DNA of 63,163 bases, counting the filler, from Octopus bimaculoides (taxonomy: Eukaryota): assembly GCF_001194135.2 (NCBI RefSeq). It is 5 parts of 4 records of this genome, joined end to end, with 100 filler letters (N's around TTAATTAATTAA, not from the genome) between each part and the next. Parts side by side here need not be neighbours in the genome. Positions count along the whole stretch, not along the records: positions 9,602 to 41,364 come from NC_068996.1; 4 more parts are not named here. One strand, written 5' to 3'. Of this stretch, positions 22,385 through 34,989 are shown piece after piece. Positions within the stretch are counted from its first letter, which is position 1. Every line of letters begins with the position of its first letter. The notes beneath the pieces are model-generated. The model worked only from the letters and a program-made list of their open reading frames with translations. It was not told the DNA's origin and did no database searches. The translations under genes and the position numbers were made by a program.

Positions 22385-24960
22385 ACCGTTTGTTTTTACT
22401 GTCTTGTTATTACTCCTGCATCACACCTAAGGCATGCAACATTGATGGTGATACTCATGCAACTGTGATCCAGAAACTCCAGGATGGAAAATTACCAGGA
22501 AGAGACTTGATTGTTGGATATTGGTACAAGGAGCTAAGATTCTACCGACCATATCTTATCAATCTGTACCAGCAAGCTCTCAATGGGAACAGCAGCATAC
22601 AACACTGGTTAGCTCTAGCAGAGACCAAATTGATCCCCAAATGCCGTGAAACCAATAACATTATCACAGTAAAACAAACAGCAGGGAAGAAAGGAGTCTG
22701 GGGATGTGCCGAGCAATTGTTAATCAACAAAACTGTGATGTCAGAGATGCGAGAGCATAACAGGAACCTAGTTTCAATGTGGCTAGATTACAAGAAAGCC
22801 TTTGACTCTGTTCCCCACTCATGGATGCTAGAAGAAGCCCTTCAACTTCCTAAAGTTCCAGTGAGCTTAGTCAAAGCTATAGCTGACCTGACTTCATCCT
22901 GGACCACCATCTTGAAATAAAACGCAAAGAGTGACTGTATTATCACTGTTAGTATCGCAAAGGCCTATTCAAAGAGGAGAACCTCTCTGTGATTTTGTTT
23001 ATACTTACCATAAACCCCTTGTCATTCATGTTAAGGTAGTCTGAAGGATATCTCACTGGTTCACAAGAAAACAGAAATACTAAAACTACAAACTGTTTCT
23101 TTGTGAGTGACTGGAAACTTTATGCAAAAAATATGCACGCGATAAAAAAAGAGCCTTGACTTAGTTACATTCTCAAAGGATGTAGCATTGGAGTTTGATC
23201 AGGATAAATGTTGTTATATGGTTGTGAAAAGGGGAAAAACTATAAACCAGACCAGCAACATCTACATCAATGACTTGACTATTTCCCCTATATGTGATGA
23301 GGAATGTTACAGGTATCTAGGCGTGGATGAAAACGCCTTACAACGACACTTGTAACAAGACACTTGTCACTAAAGAATATTACAACCGAATAAAGAAAAT
23401 TTGGACATCAAAACTCCCTGCATTCAATAAAACAGTAGTCAACAACGTGTTTGCAGTGCCAGCACTCATACCAACATTTGATTGGACGCTTGATGAGATC
23501 CGAGCCATTGATGTGAAAACCTGAAAAATACTAACAAGCGCACATAATTTCCTAATAAACAGTGACATAGACCGCCTCTGCCTAAAATGAAAACAAAGCG
23601 GCAGAGGTTTAACATCGATCCAAAATGCCGTTGAATGTCGTATCATATCCCTTCGGCAACATCTTTTAGCCACCAAGTGTCGAAGTGCATCCCTTGACCT
23701 AGTCAGCATACATGAGGCTGATAACATAAAAATACTTGGAAGGTAGCTCCTTGAGCAACATTCCTAGTCTGATAACCTTAAATACATGCCCAAAGAAATT
23801 GCACAGCTCTACCGCAACGTATCATCAGATGAAAGGATGAGACCATGCATGGAAATGTTTGTAGAAAGCTCCGAGATGATAGTAACATTCATCATAAAAG
23901 CAGTTTATCATGGACCAACAACCGGATTGATACCTACGACTTCGAATAATAACATACATACATACAAAAATACTCTGTTGTTGATGTTGAAATTCTAATG
24001 AAGGAACCTTGGATCTAGGTTAGAAACCGGTTCTTTCTATATTGGCAAAAAAATCATGAAATAAAACTGAAGAATGACATACATACATACATACATACAT
24101 ATATACATACATACATAAATACATACATACATAAATACATACATACATAAATACATACATACATAAATACATACACACATACATACATACATACAGACAG
24201 ACATAAATACATGCATACATACACACACACATACATACATACATACATATATACATACATGCATACATATATACATACATGCATACATACATACATACAT
24301 ACATACATACATACAAATATACATACATACATACATATACGCATACATACACACATACCCATACAGAGATACACATATACACATTTACACATGCATAATG
24401 ATACACAAGTGTGGGAGACAGGTTTACAAAATACCCACAAAACGTCTACAAAATACCTACCCTTATGACATGCTCGTAGTAACAAAATCTATTTACAATG
24501 CTCTCCTCTAGAGAGACTGCCCCGACGGATACATCAAAGACATATCAGAGCCAGCTGGTATTCATACCTTTAAAAACAAGGAATACTGGTGGAATACTGC
24601 AATAGAAACATCAATCCGGTGCAAACAACAAACCTGATATTGTTCTGTGGGACAGGGAACAATGTCATGCACTGTTGTAGAGGTCAGCTGCCCAGTGGAT
24701 GTGAATGTACCATGAAAAGTTCCGGAAGAGAACAATTATGGTGAATTAATACGAAACTATTGTACCTTGACTATAATTTCCATTTGCACCTGTCGTCATA
24801 AGTGAATTAGGTTACATAGCTACGGATTTGCACAAAAACCTCAGATTGGTAGGATTTTCTAAGAAAGAACAAAAGAAACTGGCGAGTGTCCTCCAAATCC
24901 AATCTATTAGTGTAACAGTAAAATTTTGTAAGACATTCCAAAGATACTACATCTATGATT
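22385..24960 (+). mobile_element. R4/Dong-clade (RLE) LINE, long degenerate copy: RT to restriction-like endonuclease, interrupted at ~23955-24400
   Basis: KLPGRDLIVGYWYK, GKKGVWGCAEQLLINK, SMWLDYKKAFDSVPHSW, YRYLG, KEYWWNTAIETSIRC..KPDIVLWDRE..VEVSCPVD; many stops and frameshifts. Confidence 0.85.
23955..24075 (+). mobile_element. Short non-coding insertion with a hammerhead-like motif, flanked by (TACA)n
   Basis: CTAATGA-AGG-AACCT-tggatct-AGGTT-A-GAAAC-CG-GTT at 23995-24032, containing the palindrome AACCGGTT. Confidence 0.45.
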
Positions 24961-25824
24961 CATTAAATAAATATTTGTACACACTTGATTGTGCACATTT
25001 ACAGAGACATATATGTAAAATGTAATAATGCACACATACACTCAAACACACACACACAGACAAACACACACGTCAAAGTACTGAAGAGACATGAACATAA
25101 ATGCAGGTACATACACTTACATATGCACACACTAAATCAATCACGTATTTATAAACACCGGGAACTTTCTTAACTCAAAACGTCTTGTCACTTTGTTAGC
25201 GACCACCTTGAACACAATGTAAAATACACCTACTACATGCATACACATACTTGCATATATATATATGCACACAGGTAAATATATATTCATATAAGTTAGG
25301 CGTTGATACGTATATGCACATATGCAAGCACACATCTGTGCATACAAGCATACATTCGTACATGTATACATATGTATACATGCATGCATATTTGCACACA
25401 TGCATGTCATATTTATATATATATATTTCTAGATATGTTCATACATGTACATAGAACAAGACAACATTTATGGATCCAGTCCATCCATCTCTACTGTTAT
25501 CGCTCAACATGGGTTAGGATTTCCTACTGCGAATTGAACAGCAAAGTCATATCGGATGTGTATTTTGGAAGCATCTGAACTACATTGATGTTATTTGTGG
25601 AGACGCACAGCACGGAATTTAACGGAATTGAGCATCCAATGCGGGACAGTGATACCTGGCGCAGCACTGTAAGATGCATTTCGCTAGTGGTCACTTGAAG
25701 AGAAATGCATGTATACACAAAAAGCTTCATGTGTGTGTGTGTGTGTGTGTGTGCGTGCGTGTGTATGTGAGTAGATAGACAGACAGATAGATAGATAGAA
25801 AGATAGATAGAAAGATAGATAGAA

Positions 25825-25875
<51 letters not shown>

Positions 25876-25999
25876 AACACACTAACAGATAAACCACCAA
25901 ACCATGCACACACACACACCCACACACATACATACATACGCACACACACGTTCTGTTATCACACACACACTCGCAGATTCACGCACACGCAACATATAT

Positions 26000-26214
26000 T
26001 CATCTCCCTTTTTCACTCTCCTGTCTTAGAAAGAACTTTTCCCCCACCACCTCCTCTTCCGGTCTTTTCACAATGTAACCTCGTGGGCATCGGTACCATT
26101 TTCCTCTTTCTCCGTTCTTCCATTCTCCGAACTTTCCATCTTTCCGACGAAGGGCTACGCCCGAAACGTCATACGCTCTCTCTTTCCTTTCCTGAGCGTC
26201 CAATAATACTATCC
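26000..26214 (+). mobile_element. Penelope-type fragment with degenerate minimal hammerhead (26144-26170)
   Basis: CCGACGA-A-GGGC-UAC-GCCC-GAAAC-GUC, then gagcgtccaataatact as in the 14.2-kb and 17.1-kb copies. Confidence 0.6.
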
Positions 26215-27033
26215 NNNNNNNNNNNNNNNNNNNNNNNNNNNNNNNNNNNNNNNNNNNNNNNNNNNNNNNNNNNNNNNNNNNNNNNNNNNNNNNNNNNNNN
26301 NNNNNNNNNNNNNNNNNNNNNNNNNNNNNNNNNNNNNNNNNNNNNNNNNNNNNNNNNNNNNNNNNNNNNNNNNNNNNNNNNNNNNNNNNNNNNNNNNNNN
26401 NNNNNNNNNNNNNNNNNNNNNNNNNNNNNNNNNNNNNNNNNNNNNNNNNNNNNNNNNNNNNNNNNNNNNNNNNNNNNNNNNNNNNNNNNNNNNNNNNNNN
26501 NNNNNNNNNNNNNNNNNNNNNNNNNNNNNNNNNNNNNNNNNNNNNNNNNNNNNNNNNNNNNNNNNNNNNNNNNNNNNNNNNNNNNNNNNNNNNNNNNNNN
26601 NNNNNNNNNNNNNNNNNNNNNNNNNNNNNNNNNNNNNNNNNNNNNNNNNNNNNNNNNNNNNNNNNNNNNNNNNNNNNNNNNNNNNNNNNNNNNNNNNNNN
26701 NNNNNNNNNNNNNNNNNNNNNNNNNNNNNNNNNNNNNNNNNNNNNNNNNNNNNNNNNNNNNNNNNNNNNNNNNNNNNNNNNNNNNNNNNNNNNNNNNNNN
26801 NNNNNNNNNNNNNNNNNNNNNNNNNNNNNNNNNNNNNNNNNNNNNNNNNNNNNNNNNNNNNNNNNNNNNNNNNNNNNNNNNNNNNNNNNNNNNNNNNNNN
26901 NNNNNNNNNNNNNNNNNNNNNNNNNNNNNNNNNNNNNNNNNNNNNNNNNNNNNNNNNNNNNNNNNNNNNNNNNNNNNNNNNNNNNNNNNNNNNNNNNNNN
27001 NNNNNNNNNNNNNNNNNNNNNNNNNNNNNNNNN

Positions 27034-27090
<57 letters not shown>

Positions 27091-27149
27091 ACATATGTAA
27101 TAAGCTCAACTCATCTGTAGACAAACTAGATAGGTATGTCTATATATAT

Positions 27150-27270
27150 ATTCTTTGTAAGCCTAGTATTTATTCTATCGGTCTCTTTTGTGAAACCGCT
27201 AACTTACGGGGATGTAAACACACCAACATTGGTTGTCAAGCGATGGTGGGGGACAAACACAGATACACAA
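27150..27270 (-). mobile_element. SINE-A tail
   Basis: ttctttgtaagcctagtatttattctatcggtctc...ggggacaaacac. Confidence 0.85.
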
Positions 27271-27444
27271 ACATATACACACACATATATATATTTACAT
27301 ACATACGTACATACATATATACATTATATATATATATGTGTACATATATACATTTACATGTACACATACATACACATATATATGTGTGTATATATATATA
27401 GAGAGAGATAGATATAGATATAGATAAAACTTACTTGGAAAAGG

Positions 27445-27830
27445 GTGCTTATATGGGTACAGGACATCAAAAAAACGTTGAACACAATGTGAAACGAAAG
27501 CAGAAAACGAATTTTTTTCGAACAACGGAAAAAAACAAGCAGAGAAACGGGACATGCAACATAAAGAGTATACCACTTCGTCAGTTGCTCCTGTTTCATC
27601 TACTTCGCGTTTCGAAGGCAAGGACAATACGCAACTTCACTGAAACAGTTCTTCCCGCAAAGCAAATTAAATAAAATTTGGGATTTTTCTATGTTTTCGT
27701 TTTTATGTTTTCGTTTTTATGTTTTCGTTTCTCATTGTGTTTAACGATTTTTTGATGTCCTGTACCCATATAGATATAGGTATGTACATATATATATGTA
27801 TATATGCATATATTTATATATTATTTATAT
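27445..27830. mobile_element. Repeat family P3 with inverted terminal segment (27445-27688 minus; 27689-27830 plus)
   Basis: 27689-27770 is the reverse complement of the element's own start region. Confidence 0.75.
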
Positions 27831-27921
27831 CATGATATATATATATATTCTTTAAGTCGGACTATTTTATATCCTTACACATGTACATTTTTTATATTAG
27901 ATTTATTTAATATTCTGTGTA

Positions 27922-28075
27922 AATCTGAGTTCAAATTCCGCCGAGGTCGACTTTACCTTTCATCCCTTCAGAGTCGATAAATTAGGTAGCAGTTGCCTAC
28001 TGGGTCGATCTAATCGATTGGTACCCTCCCCCCAAAATTTGGGTTTTTTGCTTAGAGTAGAAAAGAATATTCTGT
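27922..28075 (+). mobile_element. SINE-B, 5'-truncated
   Basis: gagttcaaattccgccgaggtcgac...cttagagtagaaaagaatatt. Confidence 0.85.
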
Positions 28076-29061
28076 GTAAATCAACATGCCATTACATTTA
28101 CTTATCTACCGGCTCAAGTTCAAATCACTTGAGCACTTCGAAGTGTATTCTATATAGAGAGCACATGTCTCTAGCCTATATATATGTANNNNNNNNNNNN
28201 NNNNNNNNNNNNNNNNNNNNNNNNNNNNNNNNNNNNNNNNNNNNNNNNNNNNNNNNNNNNNNNNNNNNNNNNNNNNNNNNNNNNNNNNNNNNNNNNNNNN
28301 NNNNNNNNNNNNNNNNNNNNNNNNNNNNNNNNNNNNNNNNNNNNNNNNNNNNNNNNNNNNNNNNNNNNNNNNNNNNNNNNNNNNNNNNNNNNNNNNNNNN
28401 NNNNNNNNNNNNNNNNNNNNNNNNNNNNNNNNNNNNNNNNNNNNNNNNNNNNNNNNNNNNNNNNNNNNNNNNNNNNNNNNNNNNNNNNNNNNNNNNNNNN
28501 NNNNNNNNNNNNNNNNNNNNNNNNNNNNNNNNNNNNNNNNNNNNNNNNNNNNNNNNNNNNNNNNNNNNNNNNNNNNNNNNNNNNNNNNNNNNNNNNNNNN
28601 NNNNNNNNNNNNNNNNNNNNNNNNNNNNNNNNNNNNNNNNNNNNNNNNNNNNNNNNNNNNNNNNNNNNNNNNNNNNNNNNNNNNNNNNNNNNNNNNNNNN
28701 NNNNNNNNNNNNNNNNNNNNNNNNNNNNNNNNNNNNNNNNNNNNNNNNNNNNNNNNNNNNNNNNNNNNNNNNNNNNNNNNNNNNNNNNNNNNNNNNNNNN
28801 NNNNNNNNNNNNNNNNNNNNNNNNNNNNNNNNNNNNNNNNNNNNNNNNNNNNNNNNNNNNNNNNNNNNNNNNNNNNNNNNNNNNNNNNNNNNNNNNNNNN
28901 NNNNNNNNNNNNNNNNNNNNNNNNNNNNNNNNNNNNNNNNNNNNNNNNNNNNNNNNNNNNNNNNNNNNNNNNNNNNNNNNNNNNNNNNNNNNNNNNNNNN
29001 NNNNNNNNNNNNNNNNNNNNNNNNNNNNNNNNNNNNNNNNNNNNNNNNNNNNNNNNNNNNN

Positions 29062-29112
<51 letters not shown>

Positions 29113-30421
29113 TACACATACTCCATTGGAGTCGACATTCGACTATACTACATTTCAAATAATAGATACCTTTCTACTATTTTAGTTGGAGTGGGCATTG
29201 TTGGACGTAATAACAAGTTCATTCTTGATGTGTTGGAGAAAAACAAATCTTGGGGCATATAAGAGTCGAAAGAGTATAGATGAGACACGAAACTGTCAGT
29301 ACAAAGTAAAGCGGTGCAATCTGACTGGAGATCAAGTATCCAAGAGACGAGACAGACGGAAGGAGCGGATAGGCGGGGAATTTTTGCTGGAGATACGTAG
29401 CAGATACGGTTGAGTAATGTCAGATGCTACGATAGCGTTTCCAATAAATTTCAAGGTGACGTACATCAGGCTTCACGAAAGCAGTACTACCAGTTTTTAA
29501 CAAGAGAAAGAGGAGAGAGAATGAGGAGACAGAGAGAAAGCGAGAGAGAGTGAGAGAGAGTGACAAAAGAGAGAAAGACAAGAAAGAGAGAGGGGTGTGG
29601 ATTGAAGCTGTTGGGGAAGGCTATTGTTAATTGCTGCTTTCTCCATCTTTAATATTCGCGTTATTTCAGATCTGAGACCTAAATAATTTGAAACCTTTAG
29701 GCGTCCTTTTTGTGGAAATACTGATTCCCTTTATCCTTCAGTTTCTAACTTGTTGGGTAAAAGCACATTTATGGTTTATGCCGGCTTCTTGAAGCAATCA
29801 TTTTCAATAACTATATTTTTTTAGTCGTCTTGAGTTATATATTGAGGTATTTTAAACGGTAAAGATTTCCAAAAATTTTAGTTTTGGTTTTTTTTCTTAA
29901 GACATAACTTCTTATTATCTGACCCATTTTAACATTGTACAAATGTTCGATTTCATCGTGTAGGTAGTTCTTTTCATTATCCCCCCCCCCCCGGGTTGCT
30001 TACCTTAGATCATGCCATTACCACGTGTATTTTTAGGTAACTTTCCCACTAAATCTTTGAGTCCTTCATGTGACCAATATCAGGACTTTTTTGTGTTTTT
30101 AGAGAGCAACGTGCTAAATATTAAGAAAATGAAATGACAAATCTAAGAGAAATATGCTAACGCGTTTTAACTGACACAATTGTTTTGTACTGCAGATGTT
30201 GGTAGTACTGTCGGTGTTGTAGCAGTTGCAGAGTTATAAATATGAGTTAAGATCGAAGCAAATTCCGCGTAGTGAGAAGTATTTTACATAATTTTATATA
30301 CAATTCAGTCATTCCTTCATCGCCATAAACATCAACAACATCAACAATCTATCTATCTGTCTGTCTGTCTGTCTGTCTGTCTGTCAGTGTTTCTCACTTG
30401 TTCTCTCTCTCTCTCTCTCTG

Positions 30422-30464
<43 letters not shown>

Positions 30465-30581
30465 TACTTACATACATATATATATATATATATAAATATA
30501 NNNNNNNNNNTTATTTAAAATACCGATCGTATCAGGTGGCCAGCATGGGAGTAAAAACCTCAAAGGTAATAATTATTATTA

Positions 30582-30681
30582 AAATTATAATTAAGGGTAT
30601 CTAAGAGATACCACCACGCTGGAAATAGCAGCCAAAACTTGACTCTAAAACTACATTAAATGATACCCTAAATTATAATTT
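30582..30681. mobile_element. MITE-like element with 20-bp terminal inverted repeats
   Basis: aaattataattaagggtatc / gataccctaaattataattt (19/20 match); core gaaatagcagccaaa. Confidence 0.55.
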
Positions 30682-30692
30682 ATATATATATG

Positions 30693-30756
<64 letters not shown>

Positions 30757-31299
30757 TATAGAAATATTGTGTGTGTATATGTGTTTAAATATATATTAAT
30801 GGGGTATATATGAGTTAGTGTATGTGTTGGTATAGTCATACATATGTTTCGATTTTGCATTACAAGATCTGATTTGATTTGGGTTATGTCCAATCGAAAA
30901 CCGTCTGATTGTTTACTTAATCCTCCCTGCTTGCAGTGCTTCCATGGTTCTCTGCAAAAAAGCAGTTTCTGTGATATATGAGCTGTGGCCATATGAATAT
31001 CAGCGTGTATAATCAGTGTATGTTTATGCGCGTGGCAGTATGCGTGACGGGGGAATAGGTAAACAACTTCAAAAACAGACATAGTGACTGCAAGTATTTC
31101 AAAGGTAGTGTTCATTGGTGGTAGGTCTGAAATGTACTACTTAATAGTGATAGCTAGTACAAATTAAATCAGTGGAAATTCTACAGAAAACCCAACTCGG
31201 GGTCTGCTCCAGCTGACTAACTGATTGTCCGAATTATTAATCAAATAATAGATTATCAACTAAAAGTTTAATCAAATGACAAAGAAGTGGAATGAACGA

Positions 31300-31680
31300 G
31301 TGCGTGGGTTAGTTATTCGCATAATGATCCTCCCAAAGAAAGCAAAATTCTAATCAAAACCTCTGTAAAATGTAAATCAATATACATGACAATCATTTGG
31401 GACAGAGAATAGAAATTGCGAGCAGCAGTAGGAATACAATTGTCCAACATTTTAAAGATAAATGAAATAGACGATATTGATACTCTCACTCTACTTGGAT
31501 TACAGCACAAAATCTATGACTGAAATTATTAAGCACTTGCATATGCAACTAACTACTACATTGTCAAGCTCGATTAGCTGGGATATACAAAATAGATATG
31601 GCTTATTAACAATTCACAATTACAATACATTAATGGAACAGTGAAAATATGTAAAACATTCCTGAAATATACCCTTTAGT
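31300..31680 (+). mobile_element. R4/Dong-clade LINE C-terminal relic
   Basis: IKTSVKCK..IIWDRE and GTVKICKTFLKY parallel the C-terminus of the copy at 24.6-24.95 kb. Confidence 0.5.
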
Positions 31681-32155
31681 TGGTACGTCAATGCACATAA
31701 TAAATATACAATGAAGAGAATATTTATGGACACCTACTTGTACAACTGAAGTTCCTCTAACTTGATTATAAAATTCATATTTAAACCAAGAATTATTGGG
31801 GCCCTCGGTTATATTAGTAAACACCTAAATAACAATCTGGAAAAGCTGGTATTTTAATATGAGAACGCAACTGGTTAATACGTATTTTATAAATACAATC
31901 TGTAAGTGGAACAGTAAAAATTTACAAGGGTTTTTAAAGTTCAGCATGTAACACTTAGCCTTATTGTTACTAAAACTCTGGCGATGGAACTTTATTTCTT
32001 TGTTAGAAAGCATTTTCTAGGAAAATTTCAAATAATTCAAAGGAAATATTATACATACATACATATATACATACATACATACATACATGCATACATACAT
32101 ATATACATTCATACATACATGCATACATACATACATACATACATACATACATACA

Positions 32156-32187
<32 letters not shown>

Positions 32188-32259
32188 CCCACGCATAAAT
32201 ACATACACGTACACATACAGAAATATCTGCATACACGCGCACATACATAAATATATGCA

Positions 32260-32730
32260 TGGAAAAAGGTTCTTCTCTCTATCTGGTGGGATTGCAAAGG
32301 AGTAATTCTCTTTGAATTGTTACCACCAAATGCAACAATCAATTCTCAAGTCTACTGTCAGCAATTAGAGCGTTTGAACCAAGCTTTGAAGAAAAAAAAG
32401 AGCGCTTTAGTGAATCGAAAAGGAGTGATGTTTCATCAGGACAATGCGCGACCCCACACTGCAAAGATCACATCACAGAAAATCGAAGAGCTTAATTGGG
32501 AAAGAATTCCTCATCCACCTCATTCTCCCGACCTTGCTCCCTCAGACTACCATCTGTTTCTTAGTTTTCAGAATCATTTGTGGGACATAACTTTTGCAAG
32601 CCAGGAGGAGGTCAAAACTGACATTTCAGAGTTCTTTGCTTTGAAACCAAAAGAGTTTTACATTGATGCGATTAAAATGCTTGTAAATAGATGGAAGGAA
32701 GTCATAGATAATCAGGGAAAGTACATTGAT
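32260..32730 (+). mobile_element. Mariner (DD34D) transposase, C-terminal catalytic half
   Basis: Open frame KKVLLSIWWDCKG...FHQDNARPH...HSPDLAPSDYHLF...GKYID, with 34 residues between the last two catalytic Asp. Bounded by a microsatellite on the left and an N-gap on the right. Confidence 0.93.
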
Positions 32731-34412
32731 NNNNNNNNNNNNNNNNNNNNNNNNNNNNNNNNNNNNNNNNNNNNNNNNNNNNNNNNNNNNNNNNNNNNNN
32801 NNNNNNNNNNNNNNNNNNNNNNNNNNNNNNNNNNNNNNNNNNNNNNNNNNNNNNNNNNNNNNNNNNNNNNNNNNNNNNNNNNNNNNNNNNNNNNNNNNNN
32901 NNNNNNNNNNNNNNNNNNNNNNNNNNNNNNNNNNNNNNNNNNNNNNNNNNNNNNNNNNNNNNNNNNNNNNNNNNNNNNNNNNNNNNNNNNNNNNNNNNNN
33001 NNNNNNNNNNNNNNNNNNNNNNNNNNNNNNNNNNNNNNNNNNNNNNNNNNNNNNNNNNNNNNNNNNNNNNNNNNNNNNNNNNNNNNNNNNNNNNNNNNNN
33101 NNNNNNNNNNNNNNNNNNNNNNNNNNNNNNNNNNNNNNNNNNNNNNNNNNNNNNNNNNNNNNNNNNNNNNNNNNNNNNNNNNNNNNNNNNNNNNNNNNNN
33201 NNNNNNNNNNNNNNNNNNNNNNNNNNNNNNNNNNNNNNNNNNNNNNNNNNNNNNNNNNNNNNNNNNNNNNNNNNNNNNNNNNNNNNNNNNNNNNNNNNNN
33301 NNNNNNNNNNNNNNNNNNNNNNNNNNNNNNNNNNNNNNNNNNNNNNNNNNNNNNNNNNNNNNNNNNNNNNNNNNNNNNNNNNNNNNNNNNNNNNNNNNNN
33401 NNNNNNNNNNNNNNNNNNNNNNNNNNNNNNNNNNNNNNNNNNNNNNNNNNNNNNNNNNNNNNNNNNNNNNNNNNNNNNNNNNNNNNNNNNNNNNNNNNNN
33501 NNNNNNNNNNNNNNNNNNNNNNNNNNNNNNNNNNNNNNNNNNNNNNNNNNNTATATATATATATATATATATGAACATATATATACATATATATATATAC
33601 ATAGGCATACCATATACATATGCGAACATATTGCACAATGCCTTATATATATGTGTATGTGCGTGTGTGTGTATGCATGTAAACATATACAGACACACAT
33701 ACGTATATGTGTGCATGTATACTTACATACATGTATATGTACATCCTTACACCAATATATACATGAATACATATCTCTTTGATCCAATCAGTTTCTAAAA
33801 ATGTCTGATGATCGTCGTCTCGATTTCATCCATGAAGCCGTATGTGTAAGGCAGTGCAGAAGGAGGTATATTATCTATCAAATCTTGGTCTTATAACTAG
33901 GCCAATGTACCAGAGATGGTTATCAAGTTAAACAGAAGGAAACAAAACACACACGCACGCACGCACGCACGCACACGTATACATACACAACACATATTCA
34001 CACACAGATATATAAACAACCAACAACAATTTTAAAACCTTACACACAAAAATAAAAACTTAAATCCCTCCTCCCTAAAAAGAAAAAAATGAAAAAATGA
34101 GGCCAAGCCAAATCAAAGAATTTGGGAGAAGTGAGGGAAACAAATAGAGAAGACTAGATAAAAAATGATGAAATCCATTAGAAAATATAAGTAAAATATT
34201 AAGGAGTAAATGGATGGCGGTGTACTTATCGTAACGAGCCTAGATATGTTAAATCTTAGTTAAAAACAAACCAAAAATATTCACTTATCAAACATCTTCA
34301 ATCTCTAATCTTCATCTGCCGAAATAAAGAAAAAAAATTGTGTAAGGAAATTTATACAGGGAACTTTACTTCAGACTTGTGTCTTGCACTGCTGCTGCTG
34401 CTGCTGCTGCTG

Positions 34413-34481
<69 letters not shown>

Positions 34482-34513
34482 TGCTTGTCTATTGGCACTA
34501 TGCTTGTTCTTAC

Positions 34514-34541
34514 CTGTCTTTGTACGCATGTTCGAACGTTA
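34514..34541 (-). other. Candidate 28-nt micro-exon
   Basis: Acceptor tttacgtcttccatcctgtcctag and donor CAG|GTAAGA; two open frames (TFEHAYKD or NVRTCVQRQ). Confidence 0.3.
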
Positions 34542-34694
34542 CTAGGACAGGATGGAAGACGTAAATGTGATATTTAACAAATAATGAAGCAGTTCAGGTG
34601 TTGCGCGCTTTAACCAGCCATTACCTCATTAACTGACGAAATCGAAGACATAATCGAATTCCATAACATACTTTTGTTCTGATTTAGACATAGA

Positions 34695-34880
34695 GTCAGC
34701 AATTTTGTAGGAGAAGATAAGCTGAATCCATCGACATTTGTACTTGACTGGCACTATATCTTATCAACCCTGAAAGGATGAAAGTCAAAGTTGATCTCGG
34801 ATGGATTTGAAGTCTGATTGTAAAGAGGTGGAACAAACACCGCAAGCAGTATTTTTCTGGTGCTCTAACGATTCTTTGAG
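34695..34880 (-). mobile_element. SINE-B (diverged)
   Basis: tcgacatttgtacttgactggcac..ccctgaaaggatgaaagtcaaagttgatctcgg. Confidence 0.75.
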
Positions 34881-34989
34881 CTCGAAAACTTTAACACGAT
34901 GAAACAAGTTTATGGATTACGCTGAGAAAGCATTATTATTATTACAAAAGCCAGCTACCACCTTCTCCTGTCTAATCATCTTCAAATAA

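Noticed and set aside
25443-25720. Higher-complexity unique stretch, possible exon
   Set aside because: No frame gave a recognisable protein and the splice signals are weak on both strands.
29110-29480. Unique stretch with a GxGxxG-like peptide (VGVGIVG) and possible 5' UTR character
   Set aside because: The frame closes after ~25 codons, with no homology or consistent exon structure.
33812-33840. CTGATGA followed by a short hairpin
   Set aside because: No GAAA follows. The same applies to the CTGATGA at ~7432, ~13251 and ~20102.
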